Below, in pieces: positions 36,907 through 50,200 of a stretch of 64,000 bases of DNA. The stretch is taken from the NCBI RefSeq assembly GCF_009914755.1, contig NC_060930.1; one strand, given 5' to 3'. The notes beneath the pieces are model-generated. The model did not search any database. It was given only the letters and a program-made list of their open reading frames with translations, and was not told the DNA's origin. Position 1 is the first letter of the stretch. The number at the start of each line of letters is the position of its first letter. The DNA comes from the human T2T-CHM13v2.0 reference genome, Homo sapiens. Both the position numbers and the translations under genes were made by a program.

Positions 36907-37194
36907 CGTTTTAAGTATAAGGGGATCTATAGAATGAAAAGGTTTGAAATAGATTATTAGAACCCCCCATTTTTGTTAATAAAAGATAACTTTAGCATCA
37001 ATACAATTACCTGACAAAGGGATGAAGGAAATTCAAAAGCCAATTAGCAGCATGATATAATATACTGTTGAAACCAGAGAAGCCTAGATTTAAATTTTGG
37101 CTCCAGACTTAATTCCTGTCTTAAGTAAATTTTTAACTATGACATTTTTTCCTTAAGGTTCAAGAATGGGATTTGCTTGTTGATACTCACTTTG

Positions 37195-37195
<1 letters not shown>

Positions 37196-37232
<37 letters not shown>
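37196..37232. repeat. (TG)n microsatellite, ~18 units
   Basis: Direct reading. Confidence 0.98.
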
Positions 37233-37234
<2 letters not shown>

Positions 37235-37513
37235 AATCACTGACCATTGTTTTTCTATCTAGGTATTTCTTCTAAAGACTTATAGCAAAACTATTTGAAG
37301 GCGAATTGGCTAATAGTAGATTAAATATCTTTAATTTTCTCCATGATTTATATTAATCTATGTCTCCACATTTCCTGAATTCCTAAATGTTAAAATAAAT
37401 TCTTGAAAGTTTTTCTTAACTGCTAGAACATGACTATTTAATCCACTTTATGTTCCAAAAAATAATTTAATCTTCACTTTCACAATTAGGGTTTTGAGAC
37501 TAATATTCTGTGG

Positions 37514-37691
37514 CAGCTGTTCTCAACCATGACTGCAGATTAAAGTAACCAGAAAGCTTTTGAGAATATAATGCAGGGCCTTACCACAGAAAAATTAAAT
37601 CACAATCTTCTTGGGTGAGCTTGAGCAGCTACGTAGTTTTTAAAAATTTCCCCAAGTGATTCTAATATAAAGTGAGGGCTGAGAATCACCA
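37514..37691. mobile_element. MER5-like hAT-Charlie MITE
   Basis: Termini cagctgttctcaacc and ggctgagaatcacc; internal ccccaagtgattctaat. Confidence 0.75.
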
Positions 37692-38123
37692 TGCTACAGT
37701 GTGGTATTTTCCAGTGCACTTGTTTTCAATTGAAACCAAGTTGTTCCTTGAGTACGGCTTTCTGTATTTCATCCTGACTTTTTATAAGTATAGTTACTTG
37801 GGGAAAAAAATTTGGATGCCCTGTTCTCTGTTGTCATTTTAACATAAATATTTTGTTTTCAAAATTTATCTTATTACAGCCATTAAGTATCTTGATATTT
37901 ATATAAGTTATGTAATACAGGAAAAGAATCAATGCTTTATAAGCTCCTGCATGCTAGTAGAAATCTTGATTATATTTAATATCTTAATCAATGAGTTTTC
38001 ACAAAATTTCAGGAGTGTCAAAACCAATCAATGTGTTGGAGGAGAATCTTTTCTTTTGCACATAATTCCCATCATCCTCTTCCACTGAAAACCACTAAAA
38101 TGTAAACTATAAACTTGGGAGAT

Positions 38124-38439
38124 ACCTTTGGTAGGTAATTACTTTTGGGAGGTAATTAGGTCGTAAGTGTAGAGTCCTCATAAATGGGATTAGTTCTCTA
38201 TAAGAAGAGATGTGAGAGCTTGCCTCTTCTCTCTGTTCTCTGCCATGTAAAGATACAATGAGAAGATGACTATCTGAAAACCAGAAAGAATCCCCTCATG
38301 AGACCACAAGACACTGGATTTGCCAGTGCCTTGGCCTTAGACTTCCCAGCCTCTAGAACTCTGAAAAATAAGTGTTTGTGGTTTAAACGACCAAGTCTAT
38401 GGTATCGTGCTATTATGGCATCCCAAACTGACTAAGACA
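38124..38439 (+). mobile_element. MLT1A-like LTR, 5' part missing
   Basis: ttgggaggtaattagg...cctcataaatgggattag...ttagacttcccagcctctagaact...gactaagaca. Confidence 0.8.
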
Positions 38440-38774
38440 CCTTATACGATGACGGTAGGCTTTATCCAATCAGTTGAAAGCTTGAATAGGACAAAAAGAT
38501 AAGCCTTCCAGGAGCAACAAAACATTCTCCAGCAGACTACCTTTGGGCTTCATCAGTAACAGCAACCTTCCCTGGTTCTACAGCAGAAAGCCTTTAGATT
38601 TAAACTGGGATATGAGCGCTCTGGTTCTCCAGACTACTGTCCTACCGTGCAAATTTTAGAATTGCCAGCCTTCGTAATCACATAAGCCAATTCTTACAAC
38701 AAATCTCTTTACACACGCACACACACACACACACACCCTATTGGTTCTGTTTCTCTGGAGAATTCTAATATACA
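38440..38774 (+). mobile_element. MLT2-like LTR, 5' part missing
   Basis: atccaatcagttgaaagcttgaatagg...gccagccttcgtaatcacataagccaattc...(CA)n...cctattggttctgtttctctggagaa. Confidence 0.85.
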
Positions 38775-39948
38775 CTTCAAGAAATGTCTCTTATCCCAGC
38801 TTTTCAAAGGAATTTCGTTCCCAAGTCACCTGCTATATAGAAATAGACTTTTGATAATCCTAACTTAATTTAACTTTTCTACTTTGGAAATAATATGTCT
38901 TGGAGCTGGTCCATGACCCTATATATTATAGGTATTTGGGATGATTTATTCCAGATGGTCCTTAAAAGTAATTTACAAAAAGTCTTTTATTGTTCTTTCC
39001 AGTAGAGGAGACCTGGTACTTCCTACTTTGAATTAATGAGATAAAAGGCCATATTTGCTGTTTCAAGTTTCCCCTGTATTCCCCTGTTTCTTTTGAACAT
39101 TATGACCAACCAGAAAGATACAGAAAAGTACTGCAGTCTAATGACACAGTCTGCATAAAACCTCTATGCCTTTTTTTCCTGCTTGATAAACTGTGAATTA
39201 TAGCTCTGTATCCTTTCAAGCCAGAAGTTTCCTTTAACTTTTTGTAGCCTTTTTACAGGAAATCTGCTATTTTTCTCAAAACATATTTTTCACTTTGATA
39301 CAAAACATAGAACCATTCTTAAACCTGGATGTATTCATCTGACAAAATTTTACTGACTATAAATTATTCTATTCCCTTGTGCTAGGCATCAGAGACTAGG
39401 AATGATTAAAATATTATTTAACACAAAAGTTTGAGTAAAAAGAATAGAAGGTGTCCGAAGGCAATGATTAGTATAGTAACTAAGAAATATAGACATATGG
39501 GGTAAAGAAAAATTGCAGGAAATTAATAGAGCTATTGAGATTTAAGCTGGTCCCTAATAAATGTGTGCTGTATATATCAGGCAAATTTTTTATGTCAAAC
39601 TCAGTGGATGCCAAAGATCGCTTACAAAAGGAAAATACTGGATGGTCTCCTAACATCAATAATTTTGTTTTATAGCCCTGTGATTTATTTCACTGGAGGG
39701 ATAAGCTATTTTCCTTTTGTTACATGCATGTAAGATCCTGGGGTCAATTCTGACCTTACATTATACATCTCATGCATATATGCAGCCACAGGTACTCTGA
39801 GAATATTACTTATCTTCTACAGAACATACAAACTAAATGTTATGCTTGCCCCTTCAGCGAAAGAAACACAAACCATGGAAGTATGTAGAGTTATATATTC
39901 TATATGGTGATATATGGTTGATGGAGCATCTAGGGTCTAATTGCATAA

Positions 39949-40337
<389 letters not shown>

Positions 40338-41149
40338 TGTCTCAGGAATGTTAATATAAATAGAAACATATTATAAAGCAAGCTTGCTTTGAATATAAAA
40401 TCTCTTCAGTTCTGGCTAATAAAGATGTATGTTGATTGTCTATTTGGAATGCTGCTATGGTAATATTCAGTAAAAATAATAATTTTGTAGTTTTAGATTC
40501 CTGTATTAAAATATTGAAAAAAATATTACAAGTTATGGTATTTAAATAGATTATGTAATATAGGACAAAATATAATGGATTACGAGCTCTTAATGTACAA
40601 TATTAGAATAAAATAATTCATACTTGCAACAAGAGCTGTAATAGTCTCTTCTATGCCTCCTAGAATTTCCCTGCCAATGTATCATTATGAAATACCTTCA
40701 CTTTGTAGATAATGATGAGGAAAATCACCAGGATTGGAATAAAATGACTTCTAAGCCCCAATAAATTATATATGTGGTTCAGATTCCATATTAATTTCTT
40801 ACTCCTCTCCTCCTGTTGCAGTGGAGAAAGAGTGTCTCCTATCTAAGTTCAACCTTTTCATGAAGGCACTCGATAGGCATTCAGTAAGTGTTAGATGAAT
40901 ACATGAATCATTATGAAAATGAATAAATGCATTTTATCTTTCATTAACAAGACACTTAAACTATCAACTTCCTTAATTCTCTTATAGATCTTCCCCTATT
41001 TCTCCTGGTTCCTTCCATTAGCATATAAATTTGTTAATTTGTTTAGTCTTGGAGAGAGACAGAGAGAGCACAAGCCTTTTGCCATTTAACCCTCTATTTG
41101 GAGCTCTCTTTTCTATCAAAACAAAAATCCCCACATTTTCTGACTCACT

Positions 41150-42590
41150 ACTTTCCTATCCTTTCATTTGAATCACTTCCCAAATGACATCAATATGATT
41201 TCTGCCCTCATCACTCCTCTAAAGGCATTTTTCCAAAGCTCACCAATGATCACCATATAGCAAAATTAAAGGACCCTTCCCATTGGTCAATATACAATGA
41301 TGACTCTGCAATATTTGGCACTAATGATCCACTAAGAAATACCTACTTTGTTCTGTGATATACTGCATTCTACTCAATTCTTCATCTCTTTGGATGCCCC
41401 TTTACTCATGTTTTGTTTAATTAAAACCATTAAATATTGGAAATTCTCAGAACCCTGTCCTTGATTGTCCTTCCACTCAAACTTTACTCTTTCTTTAAGA
41501 CAAAATTTTTAGCCTTGGTACTGTTGACATATTGACTATGATTGACTCACCAGACTATTATTTTATTTTATTTTATTTGTATCAATTAATTTATTTTCAT
41601 TTCAATAGCTTTAGGGTTACAAGTGGTTTTTGGTTACATGGATGAATTGTACAGAAAATTATTTTTATGTGTTTGTGGGGTGTGTCCCTTATATTACAGG
41701 AAGTTTACCAAGCCTTATTCTTGGTCTCTATCCACTAAATGTCAGTAGCATACTCTTTCCCAGTTGTGATAATCAAAAGTATCTCCCACATCGCCAAATA
41801 TACCCTTAAAGGCAAAATTGCTTTCAGTGCAGAACAACTGTTCTAGGTGATCTATATCATTGTAGCCCATGTTTTTTGTCTGTTTGTTTGTTATGGTTCT
41901 TGTTTTTTAACCATTCTACAACCTGTATGCCACTGGTTTATATCCTCCTTTGGCTGCTATATTGAATTCCAAAGTCATTTATCAAACCGCCATCTCACTG
42001 TCTTACTAGTGGGCCTCATATAAAACTTACTATTCAAAAAGTCCCAAATTAAGGTAAATGTCCTCCCACCATCATACATGCCCCTCTTCCACTTTTGAAC
42101 CTCAGCCCACCCAGGTACTTGTGCCAGAATCATTGGATTAAAGGACCTATCAAAAATCAACAACTATTTCCTTTTGATTATAATTCTAAAATCTTTTTCA
42201 AGTCCAACCAGTTCTATCTCTACTGTCACCAGTTTAATCCAAACCTCCATTTTATCCAGCATCCAGGACTGCAGTATCCCCTCAGACCTCCTCTGTGGTC
42301 TCCACGTTGAAGCCAAAACAATCTTTTTAAAAAAACATAATCATGTTATTCTCTTGCTTAAATCTACTCTTAATTTTCCCATAACCTTTCCATTAATGAA
42401 CAGAAAGTATTTCAAAGCCTTGTAAAATCTGGTCCTTGGCAAAACCTCATTTCTCTTCACTGTCCATTTACCGTCTGCTTTAGCTTTATTGTCCATCTAT
42501 CACTTTCTTAAATGTGCCACAGTTTTCCTTGACTTAGGGCTATTTCATAGAATGTCATTCTACTCCCACCTTTCATCTAACTAATGATCT
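41150..42590 (+). mobile_element. Degraded L2 hosting MER20 and a small L1 3' piece
   Basis: ccaaagctcaccaatga...; tctttttaaaaaaacataatcatgttattctcttgcttaaa... Confidence 0.55.
41500..41840. mobile_element. MER20 hAT-Charlie element, interrupted at ~41557-41654 by an L1PB/L1PA16-like 3' fragment
   Basis: ccttggtactgttgacat ... tctctatccactaaatgtcagtagca...cccagttgtgataatcaaaagt...agaacaactg; insert ttcaatagctttagggttacaagtggtttttggttacatggatgaattgta. Confidence 0.75.
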
Positions 42591-42613
42591 CTAGGAAGTA
42601 ATTGGTTCACTTG

Positions 42614-43115
42614 TGTGGCACACAGATTAATAGCTCCCAAATTATGTTTACGTCTTAATTTTTATAACTTGTGAATATTCTAGGTTTTATGGCAAAGGGG
42701 AATTAAGGTTACAGATAAAATTGAGGTTGCAAATCAGCTGAACTTGCATAAAGAGATTATCCTGGACTCTCCAGGTGGGCCTGATGTAATCACAAAGTTC
42801 CTTTAAAATAGAAGGAGGAAGAGGCAGGAGCTCACGGTGATGGTGAGAAGAGCTCAATTCAGCATTGCTGGCCTGTAAGATGGAAGAAGGCTGGGAGCCA
42901 ATAAATTCGGGCAATCTTTAGAATATTAAAAAAACAGGAAAAGGGAATTATGTGTAGAACCCACAGAAGGAATGCAGACCTGTAAACATCTTCATTTTAT
43001 CTCATTGAGACCCACGTGAGACTTCGATTTATGGAACAGTGAGATAATACATTTGTATTATTTAAGCCACTAAGTTTGTGGTGGTTTGTTACATCAGCAA
43101 TAGGAAACTAATACA
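42614..43115 (+). mobile_element. MLT1D solo LTR
   Basis: atggcaaaggggaattaaggttacagat...gagattatcctgga...tttaagccactaagtttgtgg...gcaataggaaactaataca. Confidence 0.9.
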
Positions 43116-46100
43116 ACCTGTTACTCACATCCATCACACTCTGTTTTTCTTCCTTACAGTCTTTTGTGTACTGTCAGTTTTATATTCAATGACACTCTGC
43201 CTCACGAGATTGTTTCCAGGTGATAACCATCTTGCTTTTCTCTATTGCTTTTTCTCAAAAAAGGAGGATTCAGAAAATATTCCTGGAACAAGTGAAAGGA
43301 TAATTTGGTTCAGAGTTTATTTTCATCACTTTATTGTATCACATGAATTTCTGCCCCCTGTATCTCGCTGACCTATGGAAAAAATACAGAGCTGGTGTCC
43401 TACCTTTTTTTCACAACTATTTTGAAATCAAATGAAATGAAGCATGAGGAATAACTTTAAAAACCTCAAAGCATAATATAAGTTTCCGTTATTTGCAGTA
43501 TATAGCAAAGATAAGAATTAAATTAATATGTTTAATGAGCAGACACCAAATTTACACTTGCATTTAATTATACAAAATCAGTTAGTGCTTAGAAGTTTTA
43601 GGTAGCAAAAATTAACGCCAGGCATAATGAACCCACTTCTCTTTTGAAAACAGACTTCTAGACTGGGGTGGCAGTGTGGGACAAGAAAAGGACATAGCAG
43701 TATTAAAAAAAACATACTGGTAAAAGGGACGTGTCTAGGGAGCTAACACTATAAAAACTGTAGAAAACCCTAGACTTAGTGACAGGACACTTTTCTGTCT
43801 CAACACCCTCTAATTCCTTGCACGCCATGGGATATGTTAGTTGTTAAAAATGTTTTAAAAATAATGTTCAGACTCATAACGAATATCTTTATGCTTTTAA
43901 ACATTATTTCTTTATGAAAAAACCTTAATGCTAGAATATTTTTCACTTATTAAAAAAAAATTCCGAGGCCACTGCCTTCATTTTATCTTGATGTGCTTTC
44001 TATTTCTTTCTCTTGCTTTATGATGATTAAAAAATGTATTTGCATGTTTGTTTTGTGTTTATCTCAATTTCTTTATCTTTGAATTCCATAGGTAGGGGAC
44101 AATTTTTCACAAGCAATTTGTACTAAGTATGAACTAGGGCTGAGTTGGTGGCACTACAGATCTACCTCCCACTCACACTATTTTCAAATTCCAGAATACC
44201 CTTATTGTTTCATTCTTTTCCTCCATGTAAAACTTGCCCTTCCTTCCTGGGTCTCCCACTCCCTTTCCTTTCCTGTTCCTCAGAATACCAGGTCCATTCA
44301 ATCTAATTCTTTGAGCACCTCAGGTGACCATTATCATTAGCACTTCAAGATCCAGCTTGATCTCTGTGCTCCCTGCTAGGTGATTTAGTGTCTAGAGTGA
44401 AGGGGTGTTCCAGCTTTTGAGGGAACGATGTCAAAGACCACCATATCAGGAAAAATAACCTGTGTTCAAAATTATCCCGGAAAATCCTTCAGGGAGATAC
44501 CTGGGTAGAGAAGAACTACCACATCTCTAATGTAGTCACTAGAACAGGATAGTTGAACAGGACACAAATAATTATGCATGTAGCATACATTTGATGGTCT
44601 TGGAACATGTGAAAATATTTGTTTAAACAATAAAATGACAACCCATATGTCAAGATGATCACACCACAAGAGGAATGCAGCGAGCTGACAGTTGAAATTA
44701 CATAATTTAAATGAGTATCTGATTCCAAAACAGTGTATGAGAACAAAGTGATTTCTTTAAAATAATTTATAATAAACACTAAGGTTTGAACGTCTAATGG
44801 TCCAAAATATTCAAAAGTTTATTTTATTTATTTCTTTTTAATTTTTAAGAAAGCAATTTGTTTACCTGAATGAGAAGACGGACTCAGCAGGTATTTTTGA
44901 GCCTGGGACAATACAGAAACCTCTGGCAACTCTGAATCACTGAGGTTCCCCACATGCTCAGGAATTTATAAACACAAATGCACTAAGTGGTGGGTCAGAA
45001 TAAACACAAATAGATTCAGCTTCCATTTCTCCTGCTCTACTGCCCATATTACAGAAGGTGGCTGGTTCCCCAATTGTTTATCAAGTGCAGATTGGTAGGA
45101 ATCTGATAGCGGGATAACACAAGCTGTGAAACTTTTCGTTAGGCAGCTACTTGAGTTTCCCCAAGTTTCAAACACACACACAGAGTATCCTTAACCACTG
45201 TCCCACAGGGCATGAAAGCCTTTGAGGAGAACCACAGAGCACCTAGTAATTTCATCTCTTTAGAGTTCTAGATGGGCCAAAAGTGCAGAGACCCTACAGC
45301 TGTGGCCACCTTCCCTGACATTTGCCAAAGCCACCACCTGGGGTAGCCTCGAAGCAGCTGCTATTTTTGCCTTCTCTTAAGTCACATTACAACTGATATG
45401 GTAATTTGGGGAAAAACTGAGATTCAGTAACTGTTTAATTAGACGGAATATTCCTAGTTTAATTCTATATTATAAATATTCTTTTCTGAACACTTCTTTT
45501 TTATATTTTTGTGTGAAGTTTTACTTCATTACCTTTATGGAGTAAAGATTTACCCTCTCACCTCACCCCCCGACCACATACACACGAAATGTTCATCAGG
45601 ATGGGGTTTAAGCTGTCTTTCCGGAATCAGAAACAGCTGGAACTGTAGATGGTGTCATACTAGTTCTGAGGCTTCAGTTTCCACGGACAAGATACTTGGA
45701 CAGGAAAAGGGAATCTCCAGGAAGGATTAAATTGAGACATTAAGAAACATATAGGAAAGATGAGATGTATTTTATTCTGTAACCTACTCATACAACCTTT
45801 CTCGTGAATAAGGCCTATTAAGCTGACTGAATTTTGGAAAGGCCCCATTCACACTTTTTTTTTTTATGACTTCTTTTCACAAAGAATAAATACCACAGAG
45901 AAACCAAGAGAATGCTGGCTTGGTTATTACCTTTAAAGGTCATTCTGAGTAGAGTACCATATTACTCAATGTTAATGTGACATTTCACCTTAATGCTCCA
46001 GGGAAATGTCAACCACAAACAATTAGGGTCAGGTTATACAGGGACTCTCTATTTTGTCTTTGCCACTTTTCTAACTATTCTACAATAAAAATATATTAAA

Positions 46101-46318
46101 GAATAAAAGTTTCAGGGACCAAAAAATGAAAAGTCATTCTCTCTCTACTTTTGGTAGGAGAATCTGGTGGTGGTGATGATAGCATAGGGAAGGTAGCAAT
46201 GCTTACTTAAAATAATTGTTATCTTCAGGAACTTAATGCCAGATGGCAATGGGAATTAAAAGGAGATACTATAAAATTTCCATCCAAGTGAAGTTTTCTT
46301 TTTAAGATTTAAATTTTT

Positions 46319-46572
46319 CCAAATGCTATCCCTCCCCACTCCCCCCACCCCACAACAGGCCCCAGTGTGTGATGTTCCCCTTCCTGTGTCTTTGTGTTCT
46401 CATTGTTCAATTCCCACCTATGAGTGAGAACATGCGGTTTTTGGTTTTTCGTCCTTGCGATAGTTTGCTGAGAATGATGGTTTCCAGCTTCATCCATGTC
46501 TCTACAAAGGACATGAACTCATCTTTTTTTATGGCTGCATAGTACCCTAAAACTTAAAGTATAATTAAAAAA
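46319..46572 (+). mobile_element. Short 5'-inverted L1PA insertion (antisense 46319-46544 plus sense 3' terminus 46542-46572)
   Basis: aatgctatccctcccc...atggctgcatagta joined through gta to gtaccctaaaacttaaagtataat and an A-tract. Confidence 0.93.
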
Positions 46573-47537
46573 TAGACTAGATGGAATATGGTGCCTGTTG
46601 AGTTTTAGAGACAAAAGGTAACACAGATAAATAAAAGGGAGCTTAATGCAAAAAAAAAATTAAATTTTTAAAAAAATGTTGGAGGCTTTCAAAATTAGTC
46701 TTTCTCTATGTCAGTATGATTATCTATCTATTTACCCTTCTTTCATTGTAGATACCTGTGGACAAAACTGGAAAATGAATGGGATTAGGATTTATTCTAC
46801 TAGCTTCCTTTTCTTTCCTCTGGATAAGCCCCTTCATGGCATAGAGTTTCCTACACTTTCCAGGAAAATTTATCTGGCTGCTCATTTCTACTAAAATAGG
46901 GAATATATTTGATAAGATTTCTACATTCAAAGCTTTGCCATTTCCAGTAGGATTTATAGTCTGCTGTTATTATTCATGCAGTGCATTAAAAATGCATGCC
47001 CTTCTAAGTGCTCATACATTCATTTTTATAGATGTCACTGGGCTTCAGTAGTGTCTCATTAATGGTTTTGCAAATAATCCAAGACACATTCCAGTTTTTA
47101 TTTCTAACAGAAAGTGAGACTATCTCTTACATTATACTTTTGAGGTTTGAAAAAGCTGGAAATAAAATTTCATTGAAAAAATCAAAGAGAAAAGAAGTCT
47201 ATTCAAATGGTAATGATTTTGCAGTTAAGACAAAATGGTATAAAAAAGATCTATGAAATTTTTTGTTTCATTATAATGAAAGGTTGATTTCCATTTGACA
47301 GACTGCAACATATGAAATACAAAGAATATGTGATTCATTTTTGAAGTTGTTCAGCAAGGTCTCACAATGTAGGGCACTGTGACAATCATTGCATTAGAGC
47401 CTCATTTCTTAAACTCATTCTGTAAGCCAGACTCTGTGCTAAATACTGAGATCACCACAAAAATCACAGGATAAAGTTACTACCATTAGCCCTATATGAT
47501 AGAAGAGGAAACTGATACTTAAAATATTATAGAACTA

Positions 47538-47836
47538 GGCCAGGCACGGTGGCTCATGCCTGTAATCCTAGCAATTTGGGAGGCTGAGGCGGCAGACCCC
47601 CTAAGGTCAGGAGTTTGAGACCAGCCTGACCAACATGGAGAAACCCTGTTTCTACTAAAAATACAAAACATTACCCAAGTGTGGTGGTGCATGCCTGTAA
47701 TCCCAGCTACTGGGGAGGCCAAGGCAGGAGCATCGCTTGAACTCAGGAGGCAGAGGTGTGGTGAGCTGAGATTGTGCCATTGCACTCTAGCCTGGGCAAC
47801 AAGAGCGAAACTCCATCTCAAATATATGTATATTTG
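47538..47836 (+). mobile_element. AluSp-like, inserted in a MIR
   Basis: ctgaccaacatggagaaacc and aacaagagcgaaactcc diagnostics; TSD core agaacta. Confidence 0.93.
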
Positions 47837-48051
47837 AGAACTAGGAAATAGAAGAGTCGAGGTTCTAACCCAAGTCTGTCAGTCACAGAGTCTGTTCTCT
47901 TATACAATTTCTAGTTGGGAAATAAAAGTTTTAAATTTTGAATAAAATGATATTTGACATATGGAAGCTTACAGTATGAGAAATATGAGTTTGCAAAATA
48001 ATAATGTGTCTAAAGAAAATTTATAAATTGTCACATTAAGATAGTATGCCA

Positions 48052-48359
48052 GGCCAGGAATAGTGGCTCATACCTGTAATCTTAGCACTTTGGGAGGCTG
48101 AGGCAAGAGGATCATCACTTAATTTCGGGAGTTTGAGACTGGCCTGGGCAACATAGTGATACCCTGTCTGTAGGGGAAAAAAAAAAAAAAAAAAAAAAAG
48201 CTCATTGTGGTGGCATGCGCCTGTGGTCTCAGCTACTAGGGAGGTTGAGATGGGAGGATTGTTTGAGCCTGGGAGGTTGAGGCTTCAGTGGGCTATAATG
48301 TGTCATTGCACTCTAGCCTAGGCCACAGAGCAAGACCCTGTCTAAAATAATAATAAAAA
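48052..48359 (+). mobile_element. AluJ with expanded middle A-tract
   Basis: ggccaggaatagtggctcatacctgtaat...gggaggattgtttgagcctggg; TSD core gatagtatg. Confidence 0.92.
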
Positions 48360-48979
48360 CTGATAGTATGTATCAGTTTATTTTTTATTCTAAAATCACA
48401 ATTTGCTTCTTGCTTTCCCATACTAAATGGGAAGTGCTCCTTTAAACACATTGCATGATGTCAAGCATTCTCAGTACAAGGCACTGGAGAGACATTTCAG
48501 GAAGAAGGGATTTCCCTTGCAGTTTTTAGAGACTGCATCATTGATTAGTAGCACGGATGTGAGGGCATCTTGTGATTCTTTGCCCCAGCCATGCACATAG
48601 GATGCATCGTCTTTTGATGACCTCATAGACCTGGCCTGGCTTAGTGATAACTCTCTTGCAGCTCTCCTGATGCAGGCAACTGTTGCTTTAGGCCTCCTGC
48701 CCACCGCACTGCTCTGACTTGCTCTGCATGCTGGCTTGCCTGTACACAGGCTATGGCTCATCTGTGACTGAAGAATCTCTCTGTCAAATGGCTGTGCCAT
48801 CTGTGGCCGGGATTACCCAGTGAAGTTCTCTGATATGTAGTGGGTCGTTAGCACAACTTCAGTGAGATCTGAACTCCTACCTTGGCGAGTGGGCACAACT
48901 TTCAAATAGATATCTGAATACAGAATTCAAGGAAATGCCATGACTGAATACCATAATTTGAAGATCATTGTGTATAGAT

Positions 48980-49696
48980 AGATTTTTGAACCACAGAACT
49001 TAATGGCGTTATTTAGGGAAAGAGTTTAGATACGTTAAAATAAATATAAAATAGGGGCATGGTATGGAGCTGTAGGAAACTCTCATAATTAGATGTAAAG
49101 CATAGGAGTTAGAAACAGCAAGAAAGAGAAAGCAACTATAATACATAGATGAGATAGAAAATCAGGAGAGGGGACATTACCATGAGAAGGAAAATTTTCC
49201 AGAAGGAAGAAAAAATAAACAATGCTGATACTGCCAAGAAGCTAATAAAAGTCATGACATATGAACTTTTTATTTGTTGATAGTTCAGCAGAGTAACAAG
49301 ATGGTTTCTGCAAGGAAATGTGAAGGCAAAGGGAGTTTTAAGTAGAAGATACTGGAATATGTCGTATGCAGTTAGGAATGATTCAGAAGAGAGAGGAAGA
49401 AATTAGGATTCAGAATAAAAGGGCAGAGTTAATAAAGGAAATTTCTGGCTAAGACAAGAGGAAACATCTGTGAGACAGAGAGAAAAGGGGCTGTTTCAGA
49501 GGAGCAGGGAAGGTAAGACAAAGGGCATGAGAAGAGAGTGAGGGTGTAAGAGAATTGCCGTTTATCTGGTTGCTTCTATTTTCTCAGGGAAGCAGGTGGC
49601 AAGAGTCATGGAAGTACATGATTGGACAGGTTTTGTGAAAAAGAGAGATACGAAATGACTACTTTAAAAATGGTAATGCAAACCAGAGAAGGATGA

Positions 49697-49735
<39 letters not shown>

Positions 49736-50200
49736 CATTTTAACAATGGTAGTTGCTTGAGTGCCAGGGCAGAGTAGGGAGCTAGTAGATTCACCAGGCT
49801 TAGGGTTCACTAGATGAGTGAAATGGAGTGAGAAGGGAGCAAAGGAGTTAAAGATTTTTTGAAGGGAGTGAGTATAATGATGAGATGTAAACTGTAAAGG
49901 GAAAGGTAAGGACATGTGGAAGCAAGGTCAATGAACTTGAGATCTTTATTGAAGGTGAAGAATTGCTCATATAGGAGTACTTATTTAGGTAAGCTGAGAA
50001 AATAGAAACAGTTTTCCAAAAACTAAATTCTTAAAATAGTTTTTGTGGTGACAAGGCCACAGATATGGTCATGGTGGTGTACGACTGAGCTGGAATGAAA
50101 GAAAAGCCCTTTGGAGATGAGGAGGTCAAGGAACTTGGAGTCCAGCAATTATCCTTAATCTGTCAATTCTCCAATAACTAGGGATGAAGATATTTAAATA
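48980..50200 (-). mobile_element. Long degraded L2
   Basis: Purine-rich antisense L2-like tract including ttgcttctattttctcaggga. Confidence 0.5.
49700..49735. repeat. (TG)n microsatellite
   Basis: Direct reading. Confidence 0.97.
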
